Shown: piece by piece, positions 47,428 through 58,139 of the stretch | Layout: each line of letters begins with the position of its first letter | Position numbering within the stretch: position 1 is the first letter of the stretch | From: a plasmid | Reading direction: 5' to 3' (one strand) | Sequence record: NZ_CP118944.1 | Length of the DNA: 64,000 nucleotides | Made by a program: the position numbers and the translations under genes | The notes under the pieces: generated by a model | The model's input: only the letters and a program-made list of their open reading frames with translations | Databases searched by the model: none | Told to the model about the DNA's origin: nothing

Positions 47428-50400
47428 ATGAAACTCCATTTTGAACCCGATCTTGATTATCAACTGGATGCTATTACTGCCGTGTGCGACCTGTTTGCTG
47501 GCATGGAACGTTGGCAAAATGAGATGACCGTACTGGCTCCAGTGCAAGGGGCATTGGCGCTAGAGGGGGCTACAGGGGCATCCCCGGTTAACCCAGAAAT
47601 ACATGATGAGGCGTGGTTACTGGCCAATACCCAACAGGTGCAGTTGCGAAATAAACTGCCCCCGGCGGATGAGCTTGTCAGTCGGGATTTCACCGTTGAG
47701 ATGGAAACTGGGACGGGGAAAACCTATGTATATCTGCGCTCCCTGTTTGAGTTGAATCAGCGGTTCGGGATGAGCAAGTTCATTATCGTGGTGCCCTCTG
47801 TCGCCATTAAAGAGGGGGTATATAAAACCCTGCAAATAACACGGCAGCATTTTCAAAGCCTATATGCTGGCATTCCTTACGACTATTATCTTTACGACTC
47901 AACAAGGCCTGGAGATGTACGCAATTTTGCCACCAGTTCTGTGATGCAAATTATGGTAATGACGGTAGGGGCAATAAACAAAAAAGATGTTAACAAGCTC
48001 TACCAGTCGAGTGAAAAAACGACTGTTGATGAGTTGGATAAACCAATTGACCTGATCCGTGCCACTCGTCCAGTAGTGATTGTCGATGAGCCGCAAAGTG
48101 TTGATGGTGGTCTGAACGGTGCAGGTAAAACCGCGCTGGAGTCAATGAATTCACTGATTACTCTGCGTTATTCGGCGACCCATACCGATAAGCACCACAT
48201 GTTGTATCGCCTGGATGCAGTTGACGCTTATGAGCGTAAACTGGTCAAGCAAATTGAAGTTGCGGGAATGCAGGTCGAGAACGCCCATAACTTGGCCTAT
48301 GTGAAGCTCATTTCTATGGAGAACAAACGCGGCACCATCAGGGCCACCCTTTTACTTGATGTTGAACGTCCACAAGGTGGCGTTCAACGTGAAGAGGTTA
48401 TTGTTACCGATGGTAGTCGCCTTGATGACGATACTGGTCGTGCAGTTTATGCCGATTATCGGATTGGTGAGATACGGCTGGGTAAGGGCGGATTTGTGAC
48501 TCTCATTACACCGCAGGGCGAGCAGTTTTTGCAGCCAGGCGACACGGTTGGCGATGTGGAGCCCCTGACACTGCAACGGCATTTGATCCGACGAACTATT
48601 CGCGAGCATTTGGATAAAGAGTTGCGCTTGAACTCGCAAGGTATCAAGGTACTCTCGTTATTCTTCATCGACCGAGTAGACCTTTATCGCCAAGTAAATG
48701 AAGATGGCCGTCGTGAGCCTGGCGCATATGCTCGTGTATTTGAAGACGAGTACCAAGCATTATTGCGTCAACCGCTGTATGCCGCATTGCGTGAGAGCCA
48801 CCCTGTACAGGCTAGTGAAGTACATGATGGTTATTTTTCTATCGATAAAAAAGGGGGATGGGAAGATACTTCTGAAAGTAATGCCAGCGGGCGTGATAAC
48901 GCGGAGCGTGGTTATAACCTCATAATGAAGAACAAAGAGCGACTATTGAGCTTTTCAAACCCAGTACGCTTTTTGTTTTCGCATTCCGCCCTTAAAGAAG
49001 GGTGGGATAACCCCAATGTGTTCCAGATTTGCAGCTTGCGTGAGATGGGTAGTGAACGAGAGCGGCGGCAGACCTTGGGAAGGGGCTTACGCCTGTGTGT
49101 TAATCAGGATGGTGAGCGGATCCGGGATGACAGTATCAATATATTGACAGTGGTTGCTAGCGAGGGATATGAAACCTACGCGGAGCAATTGCAGCAAGAA
49201 ATTGAACAGGAAACCGGGATCAAATTTGGCATTGTTACATCCACTGCATTTGCTCACTTACATATGACGATGGTGAATGGTGCCCATGAAGCGCTTGGGG
49301 CCGCAGGCTCTAATGCCCTCTGGGAAACGCTACAAGCGGATGATTATCTTAGCCGTACGGGTAAGGTAAATGATGCTCTTAAGGTTGCTCTACGTGATGC
49401 TCAGCTCACCTTGGCTCCTGAATATGAACCACTGCGCTCTGAAATTGAACAGATCTTGAGGAAAAGCGCTGGGCGTTTGCGGATCAGTAATGCCGATGAG
49501 CGTGTCGTTATCTCTCCACGACAGGCTGTGTTGACGTCGGAGGCATTCAAACAGTTGTGGTCTCGCATTTCTCAAAAAACACAGTATCGACTGGACTTTG
49601 ATGAAGAGATGCTGATCGCAGATTGCACTGCTTCATTACGTGCAATGCCGCTTATCACTCGTGCTCAAATACAGTTCAGTAAAGGGGCATTGTCTTATAC
49701 CCGTGCAGGATTGGATATGCGATCAATGCCAGGAGCAACCAGTAGTCAAGTTGATGATATTGCACCGGTACTTCCAGATATTCTTGGGGTGCTTCAGGAT
49801 AAAACAGGGCTTACTCGACGAAGCCTATATCAGATATTGACTGACAGTGGCCGGTTGCGCGATTTTGTAAAAAACCCGCAACAATTTTTGACGGAGGCGA
49901 TTGGTCGCCTCAATGGTTGTAAGCAACGAGCCGTTGTTGATGGGATCAAATACTACCGATTGCCGGGGGCGGTGTACGCACAGACACTCTTCACCGATAA
50001 AGAACTGACTGGGTATACCAAAAACTTATTCAATGCCGCAGCAGGAAAATCAGTGTACGAGCAAGTACCACTGGATTCACAAGGAATTGAGCGAGAGTTT
50101 GTTCAACATCTTGAGCAGCAAGATGAAGTGAAGCTTTACGCAAAGTTGCCTGGCTGGTTCAAAATCCCGACCCCGTTGGGGAGTTACAATCCTGACTGGG
50201 CGCTGGTTATTGAGCGGGATGGGGTTGAGCAGGTGTATTTTGTGGTAGAAACCAAAGGCACCCGTAACTTGGATGAGTTGCGTTTAACCGAGAAGGCTAA
50301 GATTACCTGCGGTGAGGCTCATTTTGCAGCTCTCAAAGCTGGGTATTCAGATCCTGCGCATTACTTGGAAGCAATGAGTGTAGCGCAGGTGATGGCTAGC

Positions 50401-50433
50401 GTAGATGATCTGATGACGGGGGGGGCTGGTTAG
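47428..50433 (+). CDS. res: Type III restriction enzyme Res subunit (SF2 helicase plus endonuclease), 1001 aa
   Basis: Helicase motifs METGTGKTYV (Walker A) and VIVDEPQSV (DEAH-like), ~1000 aa, directly after mod, as in EcoP15I-type systems. Confidence 0.9.
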   Translation: MKLHFEPDLDYQLDAITAVCDLFAGMERWQNEMTVLAPVQGALALEGATGASPVNPEIHDEAWLLANTQQVQLRNKLPPADELVSRDFTVEMETGTGKTYVYLRSLFELNQRFGMSKFIIVVPSVAIKEGVYKTLQITRQHFQSLYAGIPYDYYLYDSTRPGDVRNFATSSVMQIMVMTVGAINKKDVNKLYQSSEKTTVDELDKPIDLIRATRPVVIVDEPQSVDGGLNGAGKTALESMNSLITLRYSATHTDKHHMLYRLDAVDAYERKLVKQIEVAGMQVENAHNLAYVKLISMENKRGTIRATLLLDVERPQGGVQREEVIVTDGSRLDDDTGRAVYADYRIGEIRLGKGGFVTLITPQGEQFLQPGDTVGDVEPLTLQRHLIRRTIREHLDKELRLNSQGIKVLSLFFIDRVDLYRQVNEDGRREPGAYARVFEDEYQALLRQPLYAALRESHPVQASEVHDGYFSIDKKGGWEDTSESNASGRDNAERGYNLIMKNKERLLSFSNPVRFLFSHSALKEGWDNPNVFQICSLREMGSERERRQTLGRGLRLCVNQDGERIRDDSINILTVVASEGYETYAEQLQQEIEQETGIKFGIVTSTAFAHLHMTMVNGAHEALGAAGSNALWETLQADDYLSRTGKVNDALKVALRDAQLTLAPEYEPLRSEIEQILRKSAGRLRISNADERVVISPRQAVLTSEAFKQLWSRISQKTQYRLDFDEEMLIADCTASLRAMPLITRAQIQFSKGALSYTRAGLDMRSMPGATSSQVDDIAPVLPDILGVLQDKTGLTRRSLYQILTDSGRLRDFVKNPQQFLTEAIGRLNGCKQRAVVDGIKYYRLPGAVYAQTLFTDKELTGYTKNLFNAAAGKSVYEQVPLDSQGIEREFVQHLEQQDEVKLYAKLPGWFKIPTPLGSYNPDWALVIERDGVEQVYFVVETKGTRNLDELRLTEKAKITCGEAHFAALKAGYSDPAHYLEAMSVAQVMASVDDLMTGGAG

Positions 50434-50447
50434 CCACCGCCTTTATT

Positions 50448-50471
50448 GATGCGCTTCTGTTGAGAAGCGCA
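50448..50471 (+). terminator. Hairpin GCGCTTCTGTTGAGAAGCGC, possible terminator after the type III res gene
   Basis: Perfect 8-bp stem 14 bp after the res stop; followed by ATTGTATTTGG (weak T tract). Confidence 0.4.
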
Positions 50472-50797
50472 TTGTATTTGGATCCTTGCCAAGGGGGTTC
50501 TATGAAATTAGGGGAGGCTAGTAGTAGCAAACCCTCGCTGGTAACGATCGAGGGCAAGGATTCCCTGGCTGCAGCGCAATAATCCTCGCAAGTAAGAGAA
50601 ACTGTGGGAATCATCTATGGGACGGGTGTCATTCAGATGTGCCGCTTGGCTGTGTGCGCCTGCCCAATCAGTCAACTGAATAGTAGTCGCCAAGCGGCGG
50701 CGCTACCCTACCCAAGCTGGTGATGGGATGCAAACCTAACAATCATCAATATCTCTTTTTGATTGTTCATTTTTTTATTTTGATTCTCTGTGGGCGG

Positions 50798-51127
50798 TCA
50801 GGTGATACTTTGATGGTGCTCTTCCTGGACCCGTAGCCACTTTTGCTGTTCAGCGTTATTACCTTGCTGTTCCCAAAATCCACATATCATCCCTGCCAGC
50901 TCGGCAGCCAAGGCATGGTCACCATCGCGGCGGCTTACCAAATAATGGGATAGCCAGTTTTGATACTGTTTCAGGCTCATTTCTACGCTCTCAAATAGGT
51001 GGCGGATGCCAGGCAGGTATCCATTTCCCCAGGGTACACTGCTCTTCCCCCGCCATCCGCCATAAAAAGTTGGGTGCTTGCAGGCATGGCCTAAGCACCC
51101 ACCACTATGATACAGCTTCTGCCCCAA
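50798..51127 (-). CDS. Hypothetical ORF of 109 aa (possibly shorter, from MSLKQYQNW…)
   Basis: ORF only; between the res terminator and the Tn3-like IR. Confidence 0.25.
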   Translation of the reverse strand: MGQKLYHSGGCLGHACKHPTFYGGWRGKSSVPWGNGYLPGIRHLFESVEMSLKQYQNWLSHYLVSRRDGDHALAAELAGMICGFWEQQGNNAEQQKWLRVQEEHHQSIT

Positions 51128-51181
51128 CGTCCCAATACTGCCGCGACACCGAACAAGCTCACATCAATGCGTTGTTGCAGG

Positions 51182-51219
51182 AAGCTATTGGGGGTTGAAG
51201 TCCAATGGAACGAAAACGT
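51182..51219 (+). repeat. Tn3/Tn1000-type 38-bp IR marking the passenger-side end of a Tn3-like transposon remnant that carries Gabija
   Basis: GGGGTTGAAGTCCAATGGAACGAAAACGTACTAAGGTA vs the Tn1000 IR GGGGTTTGAGGGCCAATGGAACGAAAACGTACGTTAAG; no partner IR found to the right within the window. Confidence 0.65.
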
Positions 51220-51261
51220 ACTAAGGTAAGTAAGTAATTCCATTGTATACTTTCAAAGCAC

Positions 51262-53154
51262 TTACTCTATTTCACTAATGAAACGGGATTTCTGCTGAAA
51301 CCTAAGATCACCCCAAGGCATCATTCTCTGCTTAGGATAAGACACGTACAACCAACGCTTCGCTCTCGTCACCGCGACAAAAGCGTTATTCCGTTCCTCG
51401 TCAAGCTCTTTGACCGTCCTAGCCCTGTAATCAGGAAAAACCCCTTCGCACATCCCTATCAAAAATACAATATCCTTTTCTAAACCTTTCATCGTATGCA
51501 CAGTACTTAGGGTTAGGCCTTCATCTATACTACTTTCAGAAAGTTGGCCTAATGCCAATGCATTTCTAAATGCAACCAATGAATCACCTAAGCCTTTACG
51601 CTTGAATCGGGTCCACGTACTACTAAACTCTTTAAGCTCTTCAATACTCAGTTTAACGTCTTCTATTTTATCATCCGAAACACCGTTATGGTTTTCAACC
51701 AACGATGTAAGAAGTTCATTAAAATCCTTTACTAGTTTGGGGATTTTAGGGTTTTCAATATCTAAGTTGTCAATAGCAACAAGAAGTTTTTCGAATATCG
51801 TAGAGTACTCATCTAATGCTGATGAAATTTGAGATGCCATTTCCCGCAATACATTCGTTGTCCAGTTGGCTGGCTCAGAGATACTCAGTACTTGGCATAA
51901 CTTTTTCCCATCTACCCAATCTTTAGAATTCAACTTCACCCTAATGGCATAGTCTAAGACCTTTCCGAATCTAGTTGACGGCTCAAGCTGCCTTTCTCCT
52001 TTTCTCAAAGAGTAAGGTATCGAATTATCTTCAAGGCATTTTTCAAGCTTGCCAAAAACAAATCGATTGCGGCCAATCACTACCATATTACCTAATGATA
52101 TTTTTCCTTCAATATCATCGTGAATTTTTAATGCCAAAAGATTCTTTATCGTGGCAACAACCGCAGTAGCTTCATCCTCTTCAGAATTATATTCTGAAAT
52201 GCTAACTCCACCCTCTAAGGCATAATCAATCTCTGCTTGTGAGCCTGGCCGCAACTTGTTTGCCGCACGAATAACCGACTTAGTACTGCGATAGTTTTCC
52301 TTCAGCTCAAACTTTTGAGGCATAAAATCGTTAATGAAACTTGAGCAGAAGTAGTCTTTTGATGACCCATTAAACCCATAAATCATTTGATTAGGGTCTC
52401 CTACCATCAGAATGCTTTTTATCACATCACCGCAAAGCACCTTGATAAACTCATACTGTGCTTTATTAAGATCTTGGGCTTCATCAACACAAACATGTTT
52501 ATACTGTGAGCGGTATATTTTTGCGATCCAGTCGTACGTGAGCAGTATTCGATGGGCGTACACTAAAATATCGTCATAATCGATACCCCCACTATTTAGT
52601 AGTGCAGCTTGATAGTCCTGATATATTTTCCAAATATTATTATTTTGATATAGCTCAATGACTTCCAACTCTGTAAGCAGCTCCCTTTTTATTTTCGAAA
52701 ATATATCCATATAGGATTGAAGATTTCTTTCCCTGTTTTTTAGTTCCTTTGAATCGGTAATTGCTAGATATTCATCTATATTAGTGCCATCTTCACGTAA
52801 AGATTGTATAAAGACTTCCATTCGGTCTTTATCTCTATCATATATATGCAACTCCGATGGCAAACCAACGGTATGGCCATATTTCTCCAAAACACGCTGT
52901 GCGACCGAATGAATTGTGGCGATCCAAGTTCTGTTTTCTACTTGTTCGAAGTCGATTAAACGCTCACTCATTTCTTCTGCAGCTTTATTCGTGAAGGTGA
53001 GTGCGATAACACCGTCTTTTTTTGTTTTCTCCAAAATATATCGAACACGCTCTGTTAACACTCGCGTTTTACCAGAACCTGCTGATGCAAGTACTTGAAT
53101 GGCTGTATCCATAGGAGCCTCAACGATCTGGCGCTGAGCATTTGATAGATTCAT
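51262..53154 (-). CDS. gajB: Gabija GajB-like UvrD/PcrA-family helicase
   Basis: Walker A …LASAGSGKTRVLTERV…, …LTFTNKAAEEMSERL…, and UvrD motifs through the C-terminus; immediately downstream of the OLD-family ATPase gene. Confidence 0.75.
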   Translation of the reverse strand: MNLSNAQRQIVEAPMDTAIQVLASAGSGKTRVLTERVRYILEKTKKDGVIALTFTNKAAEEMSERLIDFEQVENRTWIATIHSVAQRVLEKYGHTVGLPSELHIYDRDKDRMEVFIQSLREDGTNIDEYLAITDSKELKNRERNLQSYMDIFSKIKRELLTELEVIELYQNNNIWKIYQDYQAALLNSGGIDYDDILVYAHRILLTYDWIAKIYRSQYKHVCVDEAQDLNKAQYEFIKVLCGDVIKSILMVGDPNQMIYGFNGSSKDYFCSSFINDFMPQKFELKENYRSTKSVIRAANKLRPGSQAEIDYALEGGVSISEYNSEEDEATAVVATIKNLLALKIHDDIEGKISLGNMVVIGRNRFVFGKLEKCLEDNSIPYSLRKGERQLEPSTRFGKVLDYAIRVKLNSKDWVDGKKLCQVLSISEPANWTTNVLREMASQISSALDEYSTIFEKLLVAIDNLDIENPKIPKLVKDFNELLTSLVENHNGVSDDKIEDVKLSIEELKEFSSTWTRFKRKGLGDSLVAFRNALALGQLSESSIDEGLTLSTVHTMKGLEKDIVFLIGMCEGVFPDYRARTVKELDEERNNAFVAVTRAKRWLYVSYPKQRMMPWGDLRFQQKSRFISEIE

Positions 53155-53155
53155 A

Positions 53156-54979
53156 TCAGACTCCTGACTCAATTTGTTTGAATAGTTCAATTATCTTTTT
53201 AGGAAAGTTTTCTTTAGGCAGCTTAATCAGATTGTCAGTAATTGCTTTTGCATAAAGTGGCTTACTTGAATCTAGAATGTCGAGGATAGCTCTAACTCGC
53301 CCTTCATGACCAGTGTAATCTCTATTTACATCTTCAAAAATAGGTTGTTTGCAAGTGTCACAACTTGGATTATTTGTTTTAATTCGTTTTAAAAATGTAC
53401 CTTCTCTTTTTTCAATCCACTTATCTAGTGCATCATCACCAGCTATTTCCTGAATAGTTTTTTCTATGATATCTTTATAGCCTTGACCTAATAAGTAGCC
53501 CTCAAAATCAGTATCTTCAAGTATGGTGATATTTCGAGCATTCTCGATATCAGTAGGCCCAAACACTTTTTCATAATTCTTCTTGAGATCTTTAACAGTT
53601 TGTTTTTCACCATCACTAAAGATGAAGACTGGTATATTGAGATCTCTTGCCAGAATAAGAAACGGACGATACTTAGCTCCTGAACCATTAACACCCACGA
53701 AATTTATACCGAGTGAAAAGGGATGCTTTCCCGTGTAGGATTCAAACAGTTCCGGCAAGGCTTGCTCTTCTGTTTCTCCTTCCGATAAGACTATTGCTTT
53801 TGAAAACAATATCTCACCACGAGAATGCACCACCTCTCTTTTCAATTTTCTTAGATCATCGTCTTCAAACTCACTTCTTAACTGATATATCTGAACTGAA
53901 TTATCGGACTTGCTTAGGGACTTTATTTCATGCAAATCTGCCAAGCCAGCAATATAAGGGGAGTGAGTACTAATAATCACTTGCCCTGGTACATCGATGA
54001 GTTGCCTATATAGTGTCCTCTGGGCATTCGGATGCAGGTGTGCTTCAGGTTCTTCGGCGGCCATAATTGGGAAAAATGGCTCAGCTTCCTTTTCGTGATT
54101 CTTGGCCAAGAGTTCGGTAAAAGCTTTTACGGTCAACATGGATGCCCAACTACGCGTACCCATACCATGATATTCCATCGAAAATGAGCTCTTATCTGAC
54201 TCACCGAAATTTACACTAAACCTCTTCGACAGGTCACGAATTTTCTTTGGAAACGGGGTAAGTTCAGTTTGGCCAGTTCCTTCAAATGATTGATTTAAAT
54301 GGTCTAGATGGGCCTTCAATCGCTTAAGTGGTTCGCTCTTCTCGATAGCTTCTTTATTGACTGCGGCCACCATTCGTTCCAGTTCCGCAACATCTTTATC
54401 GTCGTACTCAATACTTGATAGCACACGCCCCACGAATGAAGACTTCTCTTTCAATTCATTATGAATATCTCTTTGTGCATCAATTGGAATAAAAGGCACA
54501 GACTCAAATCGCTTACTCAATCTGTTCTTATTGTTAATCCGAACATCTTGCCATCCTACACGGTCTGGCCACGCATCCAAATGAAACCGATCAAGAGTGT
54601 AGCCGCCCTTCACTCGATCTGGTTTAGCGACAGTTCGTATAGCTACAAATTGACTTCCATCAGGCTCTGACTGAATTCTATCGCCAAATACCTGCTGCCA
54701 ACTCTCTGAAAACTCTTTCGCTCTAGTACCATCGCAGACAGCGATAAAACGAAGGTCGACTGTGATAACTTCTTGGCGCTTTTCATCTTCGCCTATATGA
54801 AAATCTTCATCAGATAAGTAACGCGAGTAGTCGCCCATGGCTAATTGCAACGCCTTTATTACTGACGTTTTTCCAGCATTATTTTGCCCTAATAAAACGG
54901 TTACTCTTTGCAGAGTTATCTCAATATTTGATATTCCTCTAAATCCGGATATACGAACTGTATCTATCTGAATACTCAT
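53156..54979 (-). CDS. gajA: Gabija GajA-like OLD-family ATPase with C-terminal TOPRIM nuclease domain
   Basis: N-terminal ABC/AAA_21-like ATPase (…VLLGQNNAGKTSVIKALQLAMGD…) and C-terminal TOPRIM (…AIVLSEGETEEQALPELF…FIFSDGEKQ…). Start MSIQIDTVRISGFRGI… lies 5 nt after the tnpR stop. Confidence 0.75.
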   Translation of the reverse strand: MSIQIDTVRISGFRGISNIEITLQRVTVLLGQNNAGKTSVIKALQLAMGDYSRYLSDEDFHIGEDEKRQEVITVDLRFIAVCDGTRAKEFSESWQQVFGDRIQSEPDGSQFVAIRTVAKPDRVKGGYTLDRFHLDAWPDRVGWQDVRINNKNRLSKRFESVPFIPIDAQRDIHNELKEKSSFVGRVLSSIEYDDKDVAELERMVAAVNKEAIEKSEPLKRLKAHLDHLNQSFEGTGQTELTPFPKKIRDLSKRFSVNFGESDKSSFSMEYHGMGTRSWASMLTVKAFTELLAKNHEKEAEPFFPIMAAEEPEAHLHPNAQRTLYRQLIDVPGQVIISTHSPYIAGLADLHEIKSLSKSDNSVQIYQLRSEFEDDDLRKLKREVVHSRGEILFSKAIVLSEGETEEQALPELFESYTGKHPFSLGINFVGVNGSGAKYRPFLILARDLNIPVFIFSDGEKQTVKDLKKNYEKVFGPTDIENARNITILEDTDFEGYLLGQGYKDIIEKTIQEIAGDDALDKWIEKREGTFLKRIKTNNPSCDTCKQPIFEDVNRDYTGHEGRVRAILDILDSSKPLYAKAITDNLIKLPKENFPKKIIELFKQIESGV

Positions 54980-54983
54980 TATC

Positions 54984-55703
<720 letters not shown>

Positions 55704-56245
55704 ATGCCCGTCGATTTTCTAACCTCGGAACAGAAAGCCTGCGATAGACAATTCTCTGCCGAACCGAATGAAGTGCAATTGGCCCGTTACTTTCATCTGG
55801 ATGAAGCCGACCAGGCTTTTATCAATCATCGGCACGGCAATCAGAACTGTTTTGGTGTTGCTTTGCAGTTAGGCTGCGTGCGATTTCTAGGGACCGTCAT
55901 ATCCAACCTGCAACATGTTCCGGTCATACAGTGCAGGCTTCCGAGCTGATCCGCTCGCTACTGAAAAGTGACCGGCCTTCCAGCCTGGCACAAGCCATCA
56001 TTGAAGTGGACCGTATCAATAAGACACTTTACTTGCTGAACTACGTAGATATATATAGGGCGTTACTACGACAAGCAAAGACGCTGGTCGGACTACGGCC
56101 CCGATAACGGGTTGCGGTTCGGGATACTGTAGCTGAGCGACAAGTCATCTACACTGAGCCCTGCGGTTTGTCCCCAGAACCGTCCGAGAACTGATTGAGG
56201 ACGATGATTGCCAACGCCGTGCGGGGCTTTTTCCTTGGTTATCGG
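55704..56245 (+). pseudogene. tnpA: Tn3-type tnpA remnant: intact N-terminus (~80 codons) fused to decayed C-terminal fragments after a large internal deletion
   Basis: [64 protein letters not shown]… (Tn3 TnpA starts [36 protein letters not shown]…); then …SLAQAIIEVDRINKTLYLLNYVD… resembles …[23 protein letters not shown]…; multiple stops. Confidence 0.7.
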
Positions 56246-56246
56246 C

Positions 56247-56747
56247 CTACGGCCAGAAGGGGGATGTAAACCAAGCTGTGATAGCAGTCTTCTGCTCGTG
56301 ATCCAGAACCCCCGCAGCGTCGATCATGTCGAACTGGTAATCGTTGCTTCCCAGCCAAACACCCGCTGCGAACCGGCACATAATCGCCTGTCCGTGAGAT
56401 GCTGTGGCGAGATAACTATCGACCATGGGTAGGCTCAACTCGTGCTTTTCAAAGTCCCAAAGGAGTGAGAGATATGGGGCATTCTTCATCAGCCAGCTTT
56501 CAAAGCGATCTTGAGCTGGGGCACGAGACAGGATGTTTCTCTCTTCCATCTCCCGCCGAATGGCTAAGGCGGCCTCTTTGGCGGCTGGGCAGTCAGACAA
56601 AACAGTCTGAACCCAGTCCCAGTTCTTTCCTTGGGCGCACTCCAGATCTTCCAACGCGAGGCAGGCAGCAGCACAGGCAATGTCACTTCCGCCAAACCCA
56701 TCCATAACAAGGCGGATCTCTTCTTTCAGAGCTTCCATATCCATCAT
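56247..56747 (-). CDS. Hypothetical protein, 166 aa, in a defence-island context
   Basis: ORF with balanced composition; 15-bp gap to the upstream 121-aa gene; no recognisable motif. Confidence 0.45.
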   Translation of the reverse strand: MMDMEALKEEIRLVMDGFGGSDIACAAACLALEDLECAQGKNWDWVQTVLSDCPAAKEAALAIRREMEERNILSRAPAQDRFESWLMKNAPYLSLLWDFEKHELSLPMVDSYLATASHGQAIMCRFAAGVWLGSNDYQFDMIDAAGVLDHEQKTAITAWFTSPFWP

Positions 56748-56762
56748 TTTTCCTTAACTAAC

Positions 56763-57128
56763 TCAGTCTGCCTTCATGCGCTCTTGCACGATAGCCAGTT
56801 CATAACCGCTAATTTTCCCTGCCCCTCTACGGTTGTCTGGGCGGGGGGGAGTTATCTCCTGACCCCGCAATACACCGCGCAGAAGCCATTCATTCAGCTC
56901 ACCTACGTGGATGCCCAACACCTGGGCGGCCAGCTCTCGACTGTAACTCTGCTTGAGCAGGGCGCTATCCCTCAACTCGTCGTATGTACCGGCCTGCATC
57001 GCCAGCAGGACACGGCGGGCAAGTAACTCGGCAGCATCGCCGAAGCGCTGTTCGGTGAAGGTTACGCGCTGGCCCATGTGGGTGGCTACCCAATGCCCTT
57101 TTGCATTTCGGGCTAACCCGTTCATCAT
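56763..57128 (-). CDS. Hypothetical 121-aa protein with a possible HTH (…LAAQVLGIHVGELNEWLLRG…)
   Basis: ORF 45 bp downstream of abiEii; HTH-like segment only. Confidence 0.45.
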   Translation of the reverse strand: MMNGLARNAKGHWVATHMGQRVTFTEQRFGDAAELLARRVLLAMQAGTYDELRDSALLKQSYSRELAAQVLGIHVGELNEWLLRGVLRGQEITPPRPDNRRGAGKISGYELAIVQERMKAD

Positions 57129-57173
57129 TTTTCCTCGATCAGTTGGTGAAGTACCGCTAGCACTCGCGCACCA

Positions 57174-58139
57174 CTAAATAAGTTCGTGTTGCTCAATGTG
57201 ATCTAGAGCCTGGCGCGCAACAGCCTCGAACACGCGAAATGCCTCATCCCAAGTCAACGCATCCCCATACACCATCGGCTTCACGAACGCCTCATAACGA
57301 TCTTTGTATAGGGGGTCACCAGCAATCACATCCAGGCCAAACCGCATCACACCGATAGGATCTGCTGCAAACTCGGGGTGTTGGGGACCATAGCGATCAC
57401 GATCCATCTTCATCCCTTCAGCTATCAGCCCTGCCAGTTCGGCCAAATCAAAGGTGGTACTTTGTTGCAGGCGATAAGTGTCATAAATGTGGCGAACCAA
57501 CGACTCATCATCCAATCGTTCTGGGTCATGCTTGACGCTGGCTGTTCTGCGCAGCATCGACAACACTTTCTCGGCTTGGGTGGAGATCAGGGGAACCGTG
57601 TTGAAGGCTGGCACTTCAGGTCCTTGCTGCATCGCTTCATTGTGCAGCGAACAAATGGGCATGGGGTTATGGCCTGCGAGCAGATCAGTCTCAATGAGTT
57701 CGAGCTTGATGAAAGGCCGAAGGCAGGGGGCCTTGCTGAAGGCCTGTGGGTATCTCACCGGCATTTCAATGTACCTGTGCTCATCCCGACAAGTGACCTC
57801 AGCCTTCTCTACTTGGAAAACGCCAGTCGCATTGAGCTCTTCAATCAAACCATCTCTGATGGCTTTGCGATGGCGCTTCATCGCGCTTCGAGATTCATCT
57901 TTAGCACTATCGTTAACAGATAACTTGATGTCGACATCTTCAGACATGCGCTGAAGCTTGACGTCAGCTTTGGCTAATGCGGTCCCGCCTGCAAACACCA
58001 TGGTGTGGTGCTGGCAAGAATGACTTGCAAGCAGTTTGAGCAGCTGGACGACGTAGTAGTCCTTTTCTGCTATCGCAGGGTTATCGATCCCGAAATAGTC
58101 AGAAACGTCGGCGAAAATCGAAGCGTCTTTAGGCTGCAT
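57174..58139 (-). CDS. abiEii: AbiEii-family (DUF1814) nucleotidyltransferase toxin of a type IV TA / abortive-infection system
   Basis: 321 aa with the …MVFAGGTALAKAD… (hGGTAL) motif and Asp-rich catalytic region; overlaps the upstream AbiEi-like gene by 11 nt. Confidence 0.7.
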   Translation of the reverse strand: MQPKDASIFADVSDYFGIDNPAIAEKDYYVVQLLKLLASHSCQHHTMVFAGGTALAKADVKLQRMSEDVDIKLSVNDSAKDESRSAMKRHRKAIRDGLIEELNATGVFQVEKAEVTCRDEHRYIEMPVRYPQAFSKAPCLRPFIKLELIETDLLAGHNPMPICSLHNEAMQQGPEVPAFNTVPLISTQAEKVLSMLRRTASVKHDPERLDDESLVRHIYDTYRLQQSTTFDLAELAGLIAEGMKMDRDRYGPQHPEFAADPIGVMRFGLDVIAGDPLYKDRYEAFVKPMVYGDALTWDEAFRVFEAVARQALDHIEQHELI

